A DNA stretch of 61,765 bases from Bacillota bacterium (GTDB taxonomy: Bacteria; Bacillota; Dethiobacteria; DTU022): positions 1 through 61,765 of the forward strand of contig JBNJHN010000005.1 of assembly GCA_051748565.1 (NCBI GenBank), in the 5' to 3' direction. A program made the position numbers and the translations under genes. The notes under the pieces were generated by a model, which searched no databases, was not told the origin of the DNA, and saw only the letters and a program-made list of their open reading frames with translations. Shown piece by piece: positions 9,336 to 18,605 of this stretch (the first letter of the stretch is position 1; each line of letters starts with the position of its first letter).

Positions 9336-10643
9336 ATGCTGGACAACTGCAGATTAATCGAAAACCGTGAATTGCATGAGACCCTTTACCATTACCGTGT
9401 TCACCCGGGAATGGATGTTTATGTTTTGCCCAGGCCGGGATACCAGAAAAAATACGCAATTTTCTCGACCCGGTTTGGTTCAATTGACAACCAATTCCGT
9501 GTAGAGCCGGAGCAGGAAATAACAGTTTTGCCTGACGGGGTGGCGCACTTCCTTGAACATAAACTTTTTGAAGATGAGCGAGGCAATGTCTTTGATCGGT
9601 TTGCCTCTCTGGGTGCTTCTGCCAATGCCTTTACATCTTTTACACAGACATCATACCTTTTTTCGTGTATCGCTAATTTTGAGAAGAGCCTTCAGGAGCT
9701 GCTTGACTTTGTGCAGGAACCCTATTTTACTGAACAAACTGTGGGAAAAGAGCAGGGAATCATCGGCCAGGAGATCAAGATGTATGAAGACCACCCCCAC
9801 TGGCAGGTTTTCTTTAACCTTTTGGCCGGACTTTACCGGGAGCACCCGGTACGTAAAGATATTGCCGGTACAATTGATAGTATTGCCCAAATCTCTCCTG
9901 ATCTGCTCTATCGCTGTTACAATACTTTTTACCACCCAAGCAACATGGCTCTCTTCGTAACAGGCGATCTTAATCCGGACCAAATTGGGCAGCAGGTGGA
10001 GACTAACCTTGCGGCGCGTGATTATAAACCAATGGGAACTATTATACGTCACTACCCTCATGAACCTGCAGAAATTAAACAGGAGCGTACGGTTCAGGAA
10101 TTAGTTGTTTCCGAACCGATTATATTTCTCGGTTTTAAAGATATGGTTGTGGAGAAACTGCAGGAGAGAGAGTTGATGCGCCGTGAGATTCTAATGGAAC
10201 TTCTGCTTGATACCCTGTTTGGCACAAGTGAAGCGCTCTATAATGAGCTTTACAAAGACGATTTAATTGACGAAAACTTCGGTGCGGAATATACGGCTGA
10301 AACTAATTATGGCTATGTAATGATTGGCGGAGAAACGAAAGATCCCGATCGGCTCTATGAACGGATTATGGATGCCATCTCGAAAATAAAAAGAGAAGGA
10401 GTCAGTGCCGAGCAGTTTGAAAGGCACCGTCGCAAACTTTTAGGCGGTTATATCAGGCGCTTCAATTCGCTTGAATTTATTGCCAATAATTTTCTTGCTT
10501 ACCGTTTTCGGGGCACAGATCTTTTTCAATTGCCGTCTATCTTACATGAAGTCAGGCGAGAAGAGGCCCTGGCCCTGGTTGAAGAAAATTTGGATCCTGC
10601 CCGCCATGCTGTTTCGCTAATTATACCGCCGGAAGAAGAGTAA
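9336..10643 (+). CDS. ymfH: M16 family zinc peptidase (YmfH-like)
   Basis: PDGVAHFLEHKLFE (HxxEH), ANAFTSF, KEQGIIGQEIKMY, FYHPSNM. Confidence 0.88.
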   Translation: MLDNCRLIENRELHETLYHYRVHPGMDVYVLPRPGYQKKYAIFSTRFGSIDNQFRVEPEQEITVLPDGVAHFLEHKLFEDERGNVFDRFASLGASANAFTSFTQTSYLFSCIANFEKSLQELLDFVQEPYFTEQTVGKEQGIIGQEIKMYEDHPHWQVFFNLLAGLYREHPVRKDIAGTIDSIAQISPDLLYRCYNTFYHPSNMALFVTGDLNPDQIGQQVETNLAARDYKPMGTIIRHYPHEPAEIKQERTVQELVVSEPIIFLGFKDMVVEKLQERELMRREILMELLLDTLFGTSEALYNELYKDDLIDENFGAEYTAETNYGYVMIGGETKDPDRLYERIMDAISKIKREGVSAEQFERHRRKLLGGYIRRFNSLEFIANNFLAYRFRGTDLFQLPSILHEVRREEALALVEENLDPARHAVSLIIPPEEE

Positions 10644-10713
10644 CTTGATAAAATTTAGCACATTCTAATCCACTGATTACTGGTTTAAGTCATCGAAAAA
10701 ATAATTAAGCGAA

Positions 10714-10742
10714 AAAAGGGGCTGATATTTATGGCTCCTTTT
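10714..10742. terminator. possible intrinsic terminator after ymfH
   Basis: AAAAGGGGC...GCTCCTTTT hairpin with one G-U pair. Confidence 0.4.
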
Positions 10743-10809
10743 AGTTTTCCGGGTGAATCTGTTATCATGCCTCCTAAGTATTTTAAAAGTATAGTTCTGC
10801 ATTGAATCA

Positions 10810-10836
10810 GCAGGTGATATAGATTTTTTGTCGAAT
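10810..10836 (+). promoter_or_regulatory. sigma-H-like promoter of fbp
   Basis: GCAGGT-N17-GAAT. Confidence 0.5.
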
Positions 10837-10898
10837 GAAGTAAAGAGTATATATTTAAAACCACAGGTATAAGAACCAAACCAAAAGGAGGGAACATT

Positions 10899-11993
10899 TT
10901 GAAAACGACCTTAAGTGTAATTAAGGCGGACATTGGAAGTATTGCCGGCCATATAAAACCGAGCCGGGCTTTAATTGAATCTGTCAGAGAATGTATTTCC
11001 CGCCAGGTTGGCAAGCTTATAACCGACTTCTATATTGGCAGCACGGGTGACGATGTGGCCATTCTATTTTGTCATCGAAATGGGTTGGGCTATAGTGAAC
11101 TTCATCAGCTGGCCTGGGATGCATTTATGTGCGGAACGGAAAAAGCTAAAGAACAGGGTCTTTATGGAGCCGGGCAGGATCTGTTGGCTGATGCTTTTTC
11201 CGGAAATGTTAAGGGTCTCGGTCCGGCTGTAGCAGAAATGGAATTTGAGGAGCGTATAGCGGAACCTTTTTTGCTTTTTACAGCGGATAAAACTGATCCG
11301 GGCGCATATAACCTGCCTCTTTATTTAGGCTTTGCTGATCCGATGCATTGCTCGGGATTAATCCTTTCGCCCAAGATCGGACAGGGTTTTAAATATGTTA
11401 TTTTTGATGTTGCCTGCACCGAAGAAGATCGACTCATTGAACTCAACACCCCCGAGGATAGTTATGACCTTGCTGCGCTGTTAAGAGATAACGAGAGGTT
11501 TGTAGTTTCCGCCATTTATTCAAGGGCTACAGGCGCACAGGCGGCAGTCGCCAGCACTACCCGCCTGCATAATATTGCCGGAAAATATACCGGGAAAGAT
11601 GATCCGGTGCTCCTGGTTCGCTGCCAGGGAGATTTTCCGGCCACCGGTGAGATTCTGTCACCCTATTCTATCGGTCATTTTGTAGCCGGTTTTATGCGGG
11701 GCAGTCATACCGGACCGTTAATGCCTGTCAAGATGGGCAGTTCCATATCATATTTCGATGGTCCACCGGTGGTAAGCGCAGTTGGTTTTTGTGTTCACGA
11801 CGGCAAATTGACCGAGCCTGTAGACTGTTTTGATCATCCCTGCTGGGATTATATCAGGGATAAAGTATCACGCAAGGCTCTCGATATGAGAGAACAGGGC
11901 TTTTCAGGTCCGGCAATGCTCCATTACTCCGAGCTCGAATACGGTGGTATTGTAAGTATCATGGAAAAACTGGAGAAAAAGTTTTCCTGCTGA
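10899..11993 (+). CDS. fbp: bifunctional fructose-1,6-bisphosphate aldolase/phosphatase (archaeal-type class V FBPase)
   Basis: SVIKADIGSIAGH, GDD, GLYGAGQDLL, DAFSGNV, ADKTDPGA, RLHNIAGKYTGKDDP (Schiff-base Lys), MRGSH, ELEYG. Confidence 0.95.
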   Translation: MKTTLSVIKADIGSIAGHIKPSRALIESVRECISRQVGKLITDFYIGSTGDDVAILFCHRNGLGYSELHQLAWDAFMCGTEKAKEQGLYGAGQDLLADAFSGNVKGLGPAVAEMEFEERIAEPFLLFTADKTDPGAYNLPLYLGFADPMHCSGLILSPKIGQGFKYVIFDVACTEEDRLIELNTPEDSYDLAALLRDNERFVVSAIYSRATGAQAAVASTTRLHNIAGKYTGKDDPVLLVRCQGDFPATGEILSPYSIGHFVAGFMRGSHTGPLMPVKMGSSISYFDGPPVVSAVGFCVHDGKLTEPVDCFDHPCWDYIRDKVSRKALDMREQGFSGPAMLHYSELEYGGIVSIMEKLEKKFSC

Positions 11994-12076
11994 TATATGT
12001 CTTCTTTAACTAAACTTTTTCAGAACCGGCTCCCAGAGAACCTGCCGGACGATTAATCAGTTTCGGTTGTTTGGTG

Positions 12077-12105
12077 TTGATTTTTTTCAGTGGTCAGGTT
12101 AAAAT
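12077..12105 (+). promoter_or_regulatory. sigma-A promoter of the aminotransferase-reductase fusion
   Basis: TTGATT-N17-TAAAAT. Confidence 0.6.
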
Positions 12106-12115
12106 AGAGCTATTG

Positions 12116-12137
12116 ATGTGCACATTTATGTGCACAT
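12116..12137. promoter_or_regulatory. candidate repressor operator: two copies of the perfect palindrome ATGTGCACAT
   Basis: ATGTGCACAT at 12116-12125 and 12128-12137, between the -10 box and SD AGGAGG. Confidence 0.6.
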
Positions 12138-12156
12138 AGCAACAGGAGGCCTGACC

Positions 12157-14787
12157 ATGAACAATTTTACTAGGTACGTAAATCCACACCTGGGTGAGAT
12201 GCTTGAGAACATCAAACTTGATCAAAAGTATGTACGCGGTGAAGGTTGTCATCTATATGACGATCAGGGCAACCGTTATCTTGATTGCATCGCCGCTTAC
12301 GGCGCCCTTCCTTTTGGACATAATCCAGAACCAATCTGGAAAGCTATCAATGACTACCGCGATTCCGGAGAACCTGGTTTCATTCAGCCTTCTGCCCTTG
12401 ATGCGGCCGGGGAGCTGGCCCGCCGACTTATCGAAATTGCGCCGGAAGGTCTTGAATATGTAACTTTTACCAACAGCGGTGCCGAAGCAGTTGAAGCGGC
12501 GATCAAACTCTGTCGATCCGCCACCGGACGGCCGGGTATACTCGCAACCGAAAATAGTTTTCATGGAAAAACTTTAGGTGCTCTTTCGGCAACCGGCAAT
12601 TCTGCCTATCAGGCGCCCTTTAATGCGCCGGCCGGGGATTTTAATCATATTCCGTTTGGTAATGTTGAAGCCCTGAAAGTTGCACTAATTGAAAAGACCG
12701 GCTATTACGCTGCTTTTATCGTCGAACCAATCCAGGGAGAAGGCGGCATTGTAGAACCGGAGGATGGTTATCTTGCTGAGATAAAAAAGATTTGTAATGA
12801 ACATGGGGTACTGCTTGTATTTGATGAAGTTCAGACCGGCCTTGGTAGAACGGGTGCACTTTTTGCCTGCGAGAAGGAGGGTATTTCTCCCGATGTAATG
12901 GTCCTGGCTAAAGCCCTGGGCGGAGGAATCATGCCTGTCGGCGCCTGCCTGAGCACCGAAAAAGCATATACCGAAGATTTTGGGTTAAAACATTCATCCA
13001 CCTTTGCCGGGAATTCCCTTGCCTGCCGGGTTGGCCTGCAGGTGATCGAAGAGCTTACTGCCGGTAACAGGTCTTTACTTAAAGAAGTTCAGGCTAAAGG
13101 TAAGCTGCTTAAGGAAGGTCTTCTCAAACTAAAAGACAAATATCCCCGGCTGATCAAAAAGATCCGCGGCCGGGGATTGATGCTTGGTATCGAGTTCTAT
13201 ATGGACCGTGAACATTTTTCGGGAAGCCTGCTGGGTGTGATGGCTGAACAGGAACTGCTGACCCCGGCAATTTCTTCATATCTTCTGAATGTGGAAAAAA
13301 TCCGTGTGGCTCCTACCTTAAATGGAAATGCAGTTATCCGGATTGAGCCTCCCCTTGTAATAAGTGATGAACAATGTTTCCAGGCCCTGAACGGGCTTGA
13401 TGCAATGCTTGGGGTTCTCAGCGAAGGCAGTACAGCGCGTTTTCTTTCCTACCTGGTAAGATCCGAACCAGGAGGTAATTTTCCGCAGTTTGTACCTTAC
13501 CCGGCTGAAGCAATACGGCCGGGCAATACACCGGAAGAGGGCCGCTTTGCCTTTCTGATTCACGCTCTCGATCTGCAAAGTTATCATCAGTTTGACAATA
13601 GTCTGCTTGCCTTCAGCGAAGAAGAGTTGGCTGAATTAACCGGCAGGTTTGGTGATATGATAGAACCGTTTGTCGCCGGTCGAACCAGGATAAATTCAGC
13701 TGCAGGTAAAACTGCATACGGTGAATTTATCGGCCTGCCCCGCACTACGGAAGAATTTTTGCAAATGCCGCGCAGCCAGGCCTTAAGTGAACTTAAATCA
13801 GCAGTGGCCATCGCCCGGGAACGCGGAGCCAAAATAGTTGGTCTCGGTGCTTTCACCGCTGTAGCTTCTATGGGCGGGCTTTATCTGAAAAATGAGGGAG
13901 TGCCAATTACAACCGGTAACAGTTATACCGTGGTTTCAGCAGTTGATGCCGTTAATACCGCTACCGACAGGCTGTATATTGACCGATCAGAGATTACGGC
14001 AGCTATCGTCGGAGCAGCCGGATCAATCGGCAGAGGCATTTCGTTGCTGCTGTCCGAAACCGTTCCCCGCCTGATCCTGATCGGCAACCCGAATAATCAA
14101 ACCTCCAGTGACAGACTTCAGCTTGTAGCAGCCGAAATTTACCGTTATCAATCTGCATTGCTGCGGCAGGGCCGAACCCTGAAACCTGGCAGCATGGGCC
14201 ACCTGTTATCCGATTGCCCCGAATTGCCCGGCCCTGAAGCCCCGATGGATGCTTTTGAAAATTTTGTCGAAGGGGAAGGGAAGCGCAGGGGCTTGATCGA
14301 GTTTTCTACTGATATTGATGCCGTCCTGGCCAGGGCCGATGTTGTGATCAGCGCAACAAGTGCAACAGAAAAAGTTATTCATGCCGGTAACCTGAAGACA
14401 GGCGCGATCGTCTGCGATATATCCCGGCCTGCCAATGTGAGCGAAGAAGTCGATCAGGCCCGTCCCGATGTTCTGGTTATTGATGGTGGGGTTGTCGAAG
14501 TGCCGGGCCAACCCTCGCTCGGCTGGGACTTCGGTTTTGAAAAAGGTCTGGCCTATGCCTGTATGGCCGAAACGATGATGCTGGCCCTTGAACAGCGCTA
14601 CAAACATTACAGTTTAGGTTCTTCGGGAGTCAACCTCGAAACAATTTTGCAGACCAGATACTGGGCAGTCGAGCATGGTTTTAAGCTGGCCAACTTCCGC
14701 AGTTTCAACCGCCCGCTAAGCGAAGAAAGCTGGCACAGACTGCTTAAAACCCGCAGCGAACTGGCCGCGGCTTATAAACTGTGTTAA
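12157..14787 (+). CDS. class III PLP aminotransferase fused to a C-terminal acyl-ACP reductase-like NAD(P)-binding domain
   Basis: N-term YLDCIAAYGALPFGH, NSGAEAVEAA, FHGKT, EPIQGEGG, DEVQTGLGRTG, LAKALGGG; C-term FAFLIH, GAKIVGLGAFT, TTGNSYT, VGAAGSIG, CDISRP, IDGG, AYACMAETM. Start moved to ATG 12157 (SD AGGAGG). Confidence 0.85.
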   Translation: MNNFTRYVNPHLGEMLENIKLDQKYVRGEGCHLYDDQGNRYLDCIAAYGALPFGHNPEPIWKAINDYRDSGEPGFIQPSALDAAGELARRLIEIAPEGLEYVTFTNSGAEAVEAAIKLCRSATGRPGILATENSFHGKTLGALSATGNSAYQAPFNAPAGDFNHIPFGNVEALKVALIEKTGYYAAFIVEPIQGEGGIVEPEDGYLAEIKKICNEHGVLLVFDEVQTGLGRTGALFACEKEGISPDVMVLAKALGGGIMPVGACLSTEKAYTEDFGLKHSSTFAGNSLACRVGLQVIEELTAGNRSLLKEVQAKGKLLKEGLLKLKDKYPRLIKKIRGRGLMLGIEFYMDREHFSGSLLGVMAEQELLTPAISSYLLNVEKIRVAPTLNGNAVIRIEPPLVISDEQCFQALNGLDAMLGVLSEGSTARFLSYLVRSEPGGNFPQFVPYPAEAIRPGNTPEEGRFAFLIHALDLQSYHQFDNSLLAFSEEELAELTGRFGDMIEPFVAGRTRINSAAGKTAYGEFIGLPRTTEEFLQMPRSQALSELKSAVAIARERGAKIVGLGAFTAVASMGGLYLKNEGVPITTGNSYTVVSAVDAVNTATDRLYIDRSEITAAIVGAAGSIGRGISLLLSETVPRLILIGNPNNQTSSDRLQLVAAEIYRYQSALLRQGRTLKPGSMGHLLSDCPELPGPEAPMDAFENFVEGEGKRRGLIEFSTDIDAVLARADVVISATSATEKVIHAGNLKTGAIVCDISRPANVSEEVDQARPDVLVIDGGVVEVPGQPSLGWDFGFEKGLAYACMAETMMLALEQRYKHYSLGSSGVNLETILQTRYWAVEHGFKLANFRSFNRPLSEESWHRLLKTRSELAAAYKLC

Positions 14788-14827
14788 AATAGTCAGGTGT
14801 TGACCTGGTGAAATATTTCTGGAAAGG

Positions 14828-16309
14828 GTGGTCGCAGTGGCGCAAAAGGCCGGGCAGGATAAGCCTGCAGATAACAAGGAATTCGTTAAAGAAATTACCC
14901 CCAAGGCGGTAGACTATTCGCAATGGTATATCGATGTAATTCTAAAAACAAAAATGATGGATTATGCCCCGATGAAAGGTTTTATGGCTATCCGGCCTTC
15001 AGGATATGCCCTCTGGGAAAAGATCCAGGAGCAGCTCGATCGACGTTTTAAGGATACTGGCCATCATAATGCATACTTTCCAATCTTTATACCCCAGAGC
15101 CTGCTGCAAAAAGAAGCCGATCATGTCGAAGGGTTTGCCCCTGAACTTGCCTGGGTGACCAAGGGCGGTAACGAGGTTTTAAACGAACCGCTGGCTGTTC
15201 GCCCGACATCTGAAGCCATTATCTGCGATTTTTATTCCCGCTGGGTCCAGTCCTGGCGTGATTTGCCAATCCTGATTAATCAGTGGTGCAACGTCGTCCG
15301 CTGGGAGCGTTCCACCCGTCCCTTCCTGCGTACTTCCGAATTCCTGTGGCAGGAGGGTCATACCTGCCATCGTACTGAAGAAGATGCAGAGGAAGAAACC
15401 CTTAAAATGCTCGAGGTATACCGCGAATTCTTGGAGACCGAAATGGCTATCCCGGCAATCGCCGGGCGTAAAACCGAGCGGGAAAAATTTGCCGGGGCGC
15501 TGCGGACCTATTGCGTTGAAGCTCTTATGACAGATGGGCGGGCCCTGCAGGCCGGTACATCCCATAACCTGGGCCAGCATTTTGCTAAAGTTTTCGATAT
15601 CACTTTCCTGGATCAGGATGACCAATTAAAACATGTCTGGCAGACATCCTGGGGAGTTTCAACCAGGTTAATCGGGGCTTTAATCATGGTTCATGGAGAT
15701 GATCGCGGATTAGTCCTGCCTCCCCGTATGGCTCCGATCCAGGTTGTCATTGTCCCAATTTTAAGCAAAAAAGAAAGGGAGCGCGTTCTGGAATCTGTCC
15801 GTACGTTGGAGGGACAGCTGAAAGGAACCGTCCGCATTAAACTCGACGAACGTGAAGAGTATTCACCCGGTTGGAAGTTTAATGACTGGGAAATGCGGGG
15901 TGTACCGATTCGCATTGAAATGGGGCCCAGGGATCTTGACAAGGGCCAGGTTGTGCTGGTGCGCCGGGATACGGGTGAAAAAGAATTTATTCCCCGTGAT
16001 AAGCTGCCCGAACGTTTACCACAGCTGCTGGAAAAAATTCAGAATGATATGCTTCAGCGGGCACTGAAGTTCCGTGAAAAAAATACCCGCCGTGGTTCAG
16101 ATTACGAAGAATTCAAGAAAATTATGGAGAATGAGCGGGGCTTTTTTCTCGCATCCTGGTGTGGCGACAACTCCTGTGAAGAAAAGATTAAGAATGATAC
16201 GAAGGCTACAATTCGCTGCCTCCCCTTTGACAAGAAAACCGAGGATGAAAAGTGTTTCGCTTGCGGTAGCAAAGCGGCCGAAGCGGCTTACTTTGCCAGG
16301 GCTTATTAA
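14828..16309 (+). CDS. proS: prolyl-tRNA synthetase, archaeal/eukaryotic type
   Basis: EADHVEGFAPE, RPTSE, QWCNVVRWE, FLRTSEFLWQEGHT, QAGTSHNLGQHF, TSWGVSTR; ends FARAY; start could be GTG 14837. Confidence 0.96.
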   Translation: MVAVAQKAGQDKPADNKEFVKEITPKAVDYSQWYIDVILKTKMMDYAPMKGFMAIRPSGYALWEKIQEQLDRRFKDTGHHNAYFPIFIPQSLLQKEADHVEGFAPELAWVTKGGNEVLNEPLAVRPTSEAIICDFYSRWVQSWRDLPILINQWCNVVRWERSTRPFLRTSEFLWQEGHTCHRTEEDAEEETLKMLEVYREFLETEMAIPAIAGRKTEREKFAGALRTYCVEALMTDGRALQAGTSHNLGQHFAKVFDITFLDQDDQLKHVWQTSWGVSTRLIGALIMVHGDDRGLVLPPRMAPIQVVIVPILSKKERERVLESVRTLEGQLKGTVRIKLDEREEYSPGWKFNDWEMRGVPIRIEMGPRDLDKGQVVLVRRDTGEKEFIPRDKLPERLPQLLEKIQNDMLQRALKFREKNTRRGSDYEEFKKIMENERGFFLASWCGDNSCEEKIKNDTKATIRCLPFDKKTEDEKCFACGSKAAEAAYFARAY

Positions 16310-16373
16310 TTCAGATCAACGCAGAGGGATTATTTAACATGAATACCAGGGGAGACAATCAGAAGGCCGGGGG

Positions 16374-16958
16374 ATGGTTTCAGTAGAGAAAAAAGCGCTT
16401 CGTAAAACAATCATCAGCTTGCGTGATCAACTTTCACCGCAGGATATAACGGATAAAAGCAGCCTGATTGCCGACGGTCTTTACAATCTGAAAGCTTACC
16501 GGGATGCCGGGGCGGTTATGTTTTTCATCACATTCGGCACCGAGGTTGATACCAGGCCAATGGTCGAAGAAACAATTAACCGGGGTAAGCTGGCGCTTGC
16601 TCCGAAAGCCTTACCTGAAAGCCGCGAGCTGATTCCTTCCCGGATTCTCGATTGGGAGCGGGACCTGGTTCCCGGTGCCTATAATATTCCGGAACCGGAT
16701 GAAAACACACTCCGTCCTGTTAAGCCGGAAACCATAGATCTCTTAATCGTACCCGGGGTTGCCTTTGATTTAAAGGGCAACCGCCTCGGTTACGGAGGCG
16801 GTTACTATGACCGGTTTTTTCCCCTTTTAAATAAACAAACTCCCCTGGTTGCACTGGTTTTCGATTTGCAAATTCTCCCTGAATTACCCGTTGATGAATG
16901 GGACCGCAGGGTGGATATTATAATCACTGAAAAAAGAGTAATAAGCTGCAGAAAATGA
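16374..16958 (+). CDS. 5-formyltetrahydrofolate cyclo-ligase
   Basis: KKALRK, EVDT, IPEP, IVPGVAFD..GNRLGYGGGYYDR, D..VDIIITE. Confidence 0.93.
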   Translation: MVSVEKKALRKTIISLRDQLSPQDITDKSSLIADGLYNLKAYRDAGAVMFFITFGTEVDTRPMVEETINRGKLALAPKALPESRELIPSRILDWERDLVPGAYNIPEPDENTLRPVKPETIDLLIVPGVAFDLKGNRLGYGGGYYDRFFPLLNKQTPLVALVFDLQILPELPVDEWDRRVDIIITEKRVISCRK

Positions 16959-16981
16959 ATAAGCTTACTGTTTTATTGTTT

Positions 16982-17605
16982 TTATCTTATTTCAGGGTTG
17001 AAAAAACCTTGGAAAAGCATGTCCATAATTGTATTGGTAATATGTTCCAGGTTATCCTCATGCTCGTTTACAACTTCCCAGATGAATCGATCTACCAGGA
17101 GTATATATGCCTTGGCGCCAACCTGGATATCAAAATCTTTTGCCAGCCCTTTTTCCTGGGAATAGGCAAAGGAGCGAGCTGAGCTTTTTATAAACTGATC
17201 AATGATATTTTGCCAGTGAGCGGCAATCGATGGTGATTGTCCGAGTGCCTCCTGGTATACTTTCATAATCGGGCGGTGCTGTTCGGATAAACGGAATGAA
17301 GTTAATACCAGTTCATAATAGGCATTACGTGTTTCTTCAAGGGTTTCCGGGGCAAAAGGGACTTCCAGCAGGTTGTAGAATTCGTCAAGCACATTGTCAA
17401 CGACCTTGTTCAGGATATCATCTTTACCTTTGAAATGGCTGTATACAGTGCCGTAACCAACTTTAGCCTGTTGGCTGATTTTAGCAATGGTTGTTTTTGC
17501 GTATCCTTCACTGAGAAATACTTCCAATGCAGTGTCCAGTATTAATTTGCGTGTAATTCTGCTGCGCAGGTAGCGACGTGGTCTCCTTGAGGTATTATTT
17601 TCCAC
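16982..17605 (-). CDS. TetR/AcrR family transcriptional regulator
   Basis: TRKLILDTALEVFLSEGYAKTTIAKISQQAKVGYGTVYSHFKGKDDI HTH; start moved to GTG 17605 (SD AAGGAGG). Confidence 0.92.
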   Translation of the reverse strand: MENNTSRRPRRYLRSRITRKLILDTALEVFLSEGYAKTTIAKISQQAKVGYGTVYSHFKGKDDILNKVVDNVLDEFYNLLEVPFAPETLEETRNAYYELVLTSFRLSEQHRPIMKVYQEALGQSPSIAAHWQNIIDQFIKSSARSFAYSQEKGLAKDFDIQVGAKAYILLVDRFIWEVVNEHEDNLEHITNTIMDMLFQGFFNPEIR

Positions 17606-17658
17606 AGGTAAAACGACCTCCTTAAACATTTTTTGAAAAACCATCAAACCGTGGCGAC

Positions 17659-17687
17659 ATTATATCATTTTATTAAAATATTTGCAA
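17659..17687 (-). promoter_or_regulatory. sigma-A promoter of the TetR gene
   Basis: Minus strand TTGCAA-N17-TATAAT with TG extension; spacer contains palindrome ATTTTA-T-TAAAAT. Confidence 0.6.
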
Positions 17688-17818
17688 AGCTTAATTTTAA
17701 ACAAAAAACGTTTTAATAAGCAGAAAAAATCTCCTTTTGCATTTCATTCATTGATTTAGTAATATAAAACAGTAATCTTGAAAGAGGGTTCGGTAACAGG
17801 TCTTCTAAAGGAGAAGCT

Positions 17819-18511
17819 ATGGGCATTTTCGCCATCGGAGATTTACACCTCTCCCAGCAGCAGGAGAAGCCAATGGATATATTCGGGTCCGATTGGGAGA
17901 ACCATGCTGTAAAAATCAAAGAAAACTGGAACCGTACCGTTGGAGAAAACGATCTCGTTATTGTTGCCGGTGATATTTCATGGGCCATGTATCTTGCCGA
18001 TGCACTTCCTGATTTACAGTGGTTGGCTGAGCTTAAAGGGACAAAGCTTATGATCAGGGGTAATCATGATTACTGGTGGAACTCAATCGGTAAAGTCCGA
18101 TCTCAACTGCCATCTTCGCTTTATGCTTTGCAGAATGATCACTTTTCCTGGGAAAAAAGTGTGGTTTGCGGTGCCAGGGGATGGATCTGCCCCGGAGAAG
18201 AAGGCTTCGATAACGAACAAGATCAAAAGCTGTATCAAAGGGAGGTCCAGCGTCTCAGGCTCTCTCTGGAAAGTGCAACCCGGGGTGGTTTTTCCGAAAT
18301 TATCGTTGCTCTTCATTTTCCGCCGTATAACAGGAAAGGACAGCCCAGTGCATTTACGAGGTTGCTTGAAGAATATAAAGTAAAAATCTGTGTATTTGGA
18401 CATATCCATGACAGCGGAAGGGAAAATATCTGCCAGGGCATAAGAAATGGAGTTGAGTATCGTTTTGTAGCTGCTGACGGAATCGGCTTTACCCCTCTCA
18501 GGCTGGTGTGA
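17819..18511 (+). CDS. calcineurin-like metallophosphoesterase
   Basis: GDLH, AGDISW, RGNHDYWW, LHFPP, FGHIH. Confidence 0.9.
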   Translation: MGIFAIGDLHLSQQQEKPMDIFGSDWENHAVKIKENWNRTVGENDLVIVAGDISWAMYLADALPDLQWLAELKGTKLMIRGNHDYWWNSIGKVRSQLPSSLYALQNDHFSWEKSVVCGARGWICPGEEGFDNEQDQKLYQREVQRLRLSLESATRGGFSEIIVALHFPPYNRKGQPSAFTRLLEEYKVKICVFGHIHDSGRENICQGIRNGVEYRFVAADGIGFTPLRLV

Positions 18512-18527
18512 ACTTTTTGTTTTCAGG

Positions 18528-18554
18528 GCAGGATTGAGGCAACAAAAAGAGTAT
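18528..18554 (+). promoter_or_regulatory. possible sigma-H-like promoter of the nuoEF/fdh-like operon
   Basis: GCAGGA-N17-GTAT (one mismatch in -10). Confidence 0.4.
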
Positions 18555-18605
18555 TAGTAAACTGGAAGTGTATGTGAATTATTATTGAACAGGAGGATCG
18601 GCAAT

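Noticed and set aside
10685-11014. 109-aa minus-strand ORF over the ymfH-fbp intergenic region
   Set aside because: Overlaps the fbp start and promoter in antisense; no motifs
18572-18590. Possible Rex operator (ATGTGAATTATTATTGAAC) before the nuoE-like gene
   Set aside because: Only the left half resembles TTGTGAA; the right half does not form the palindrome
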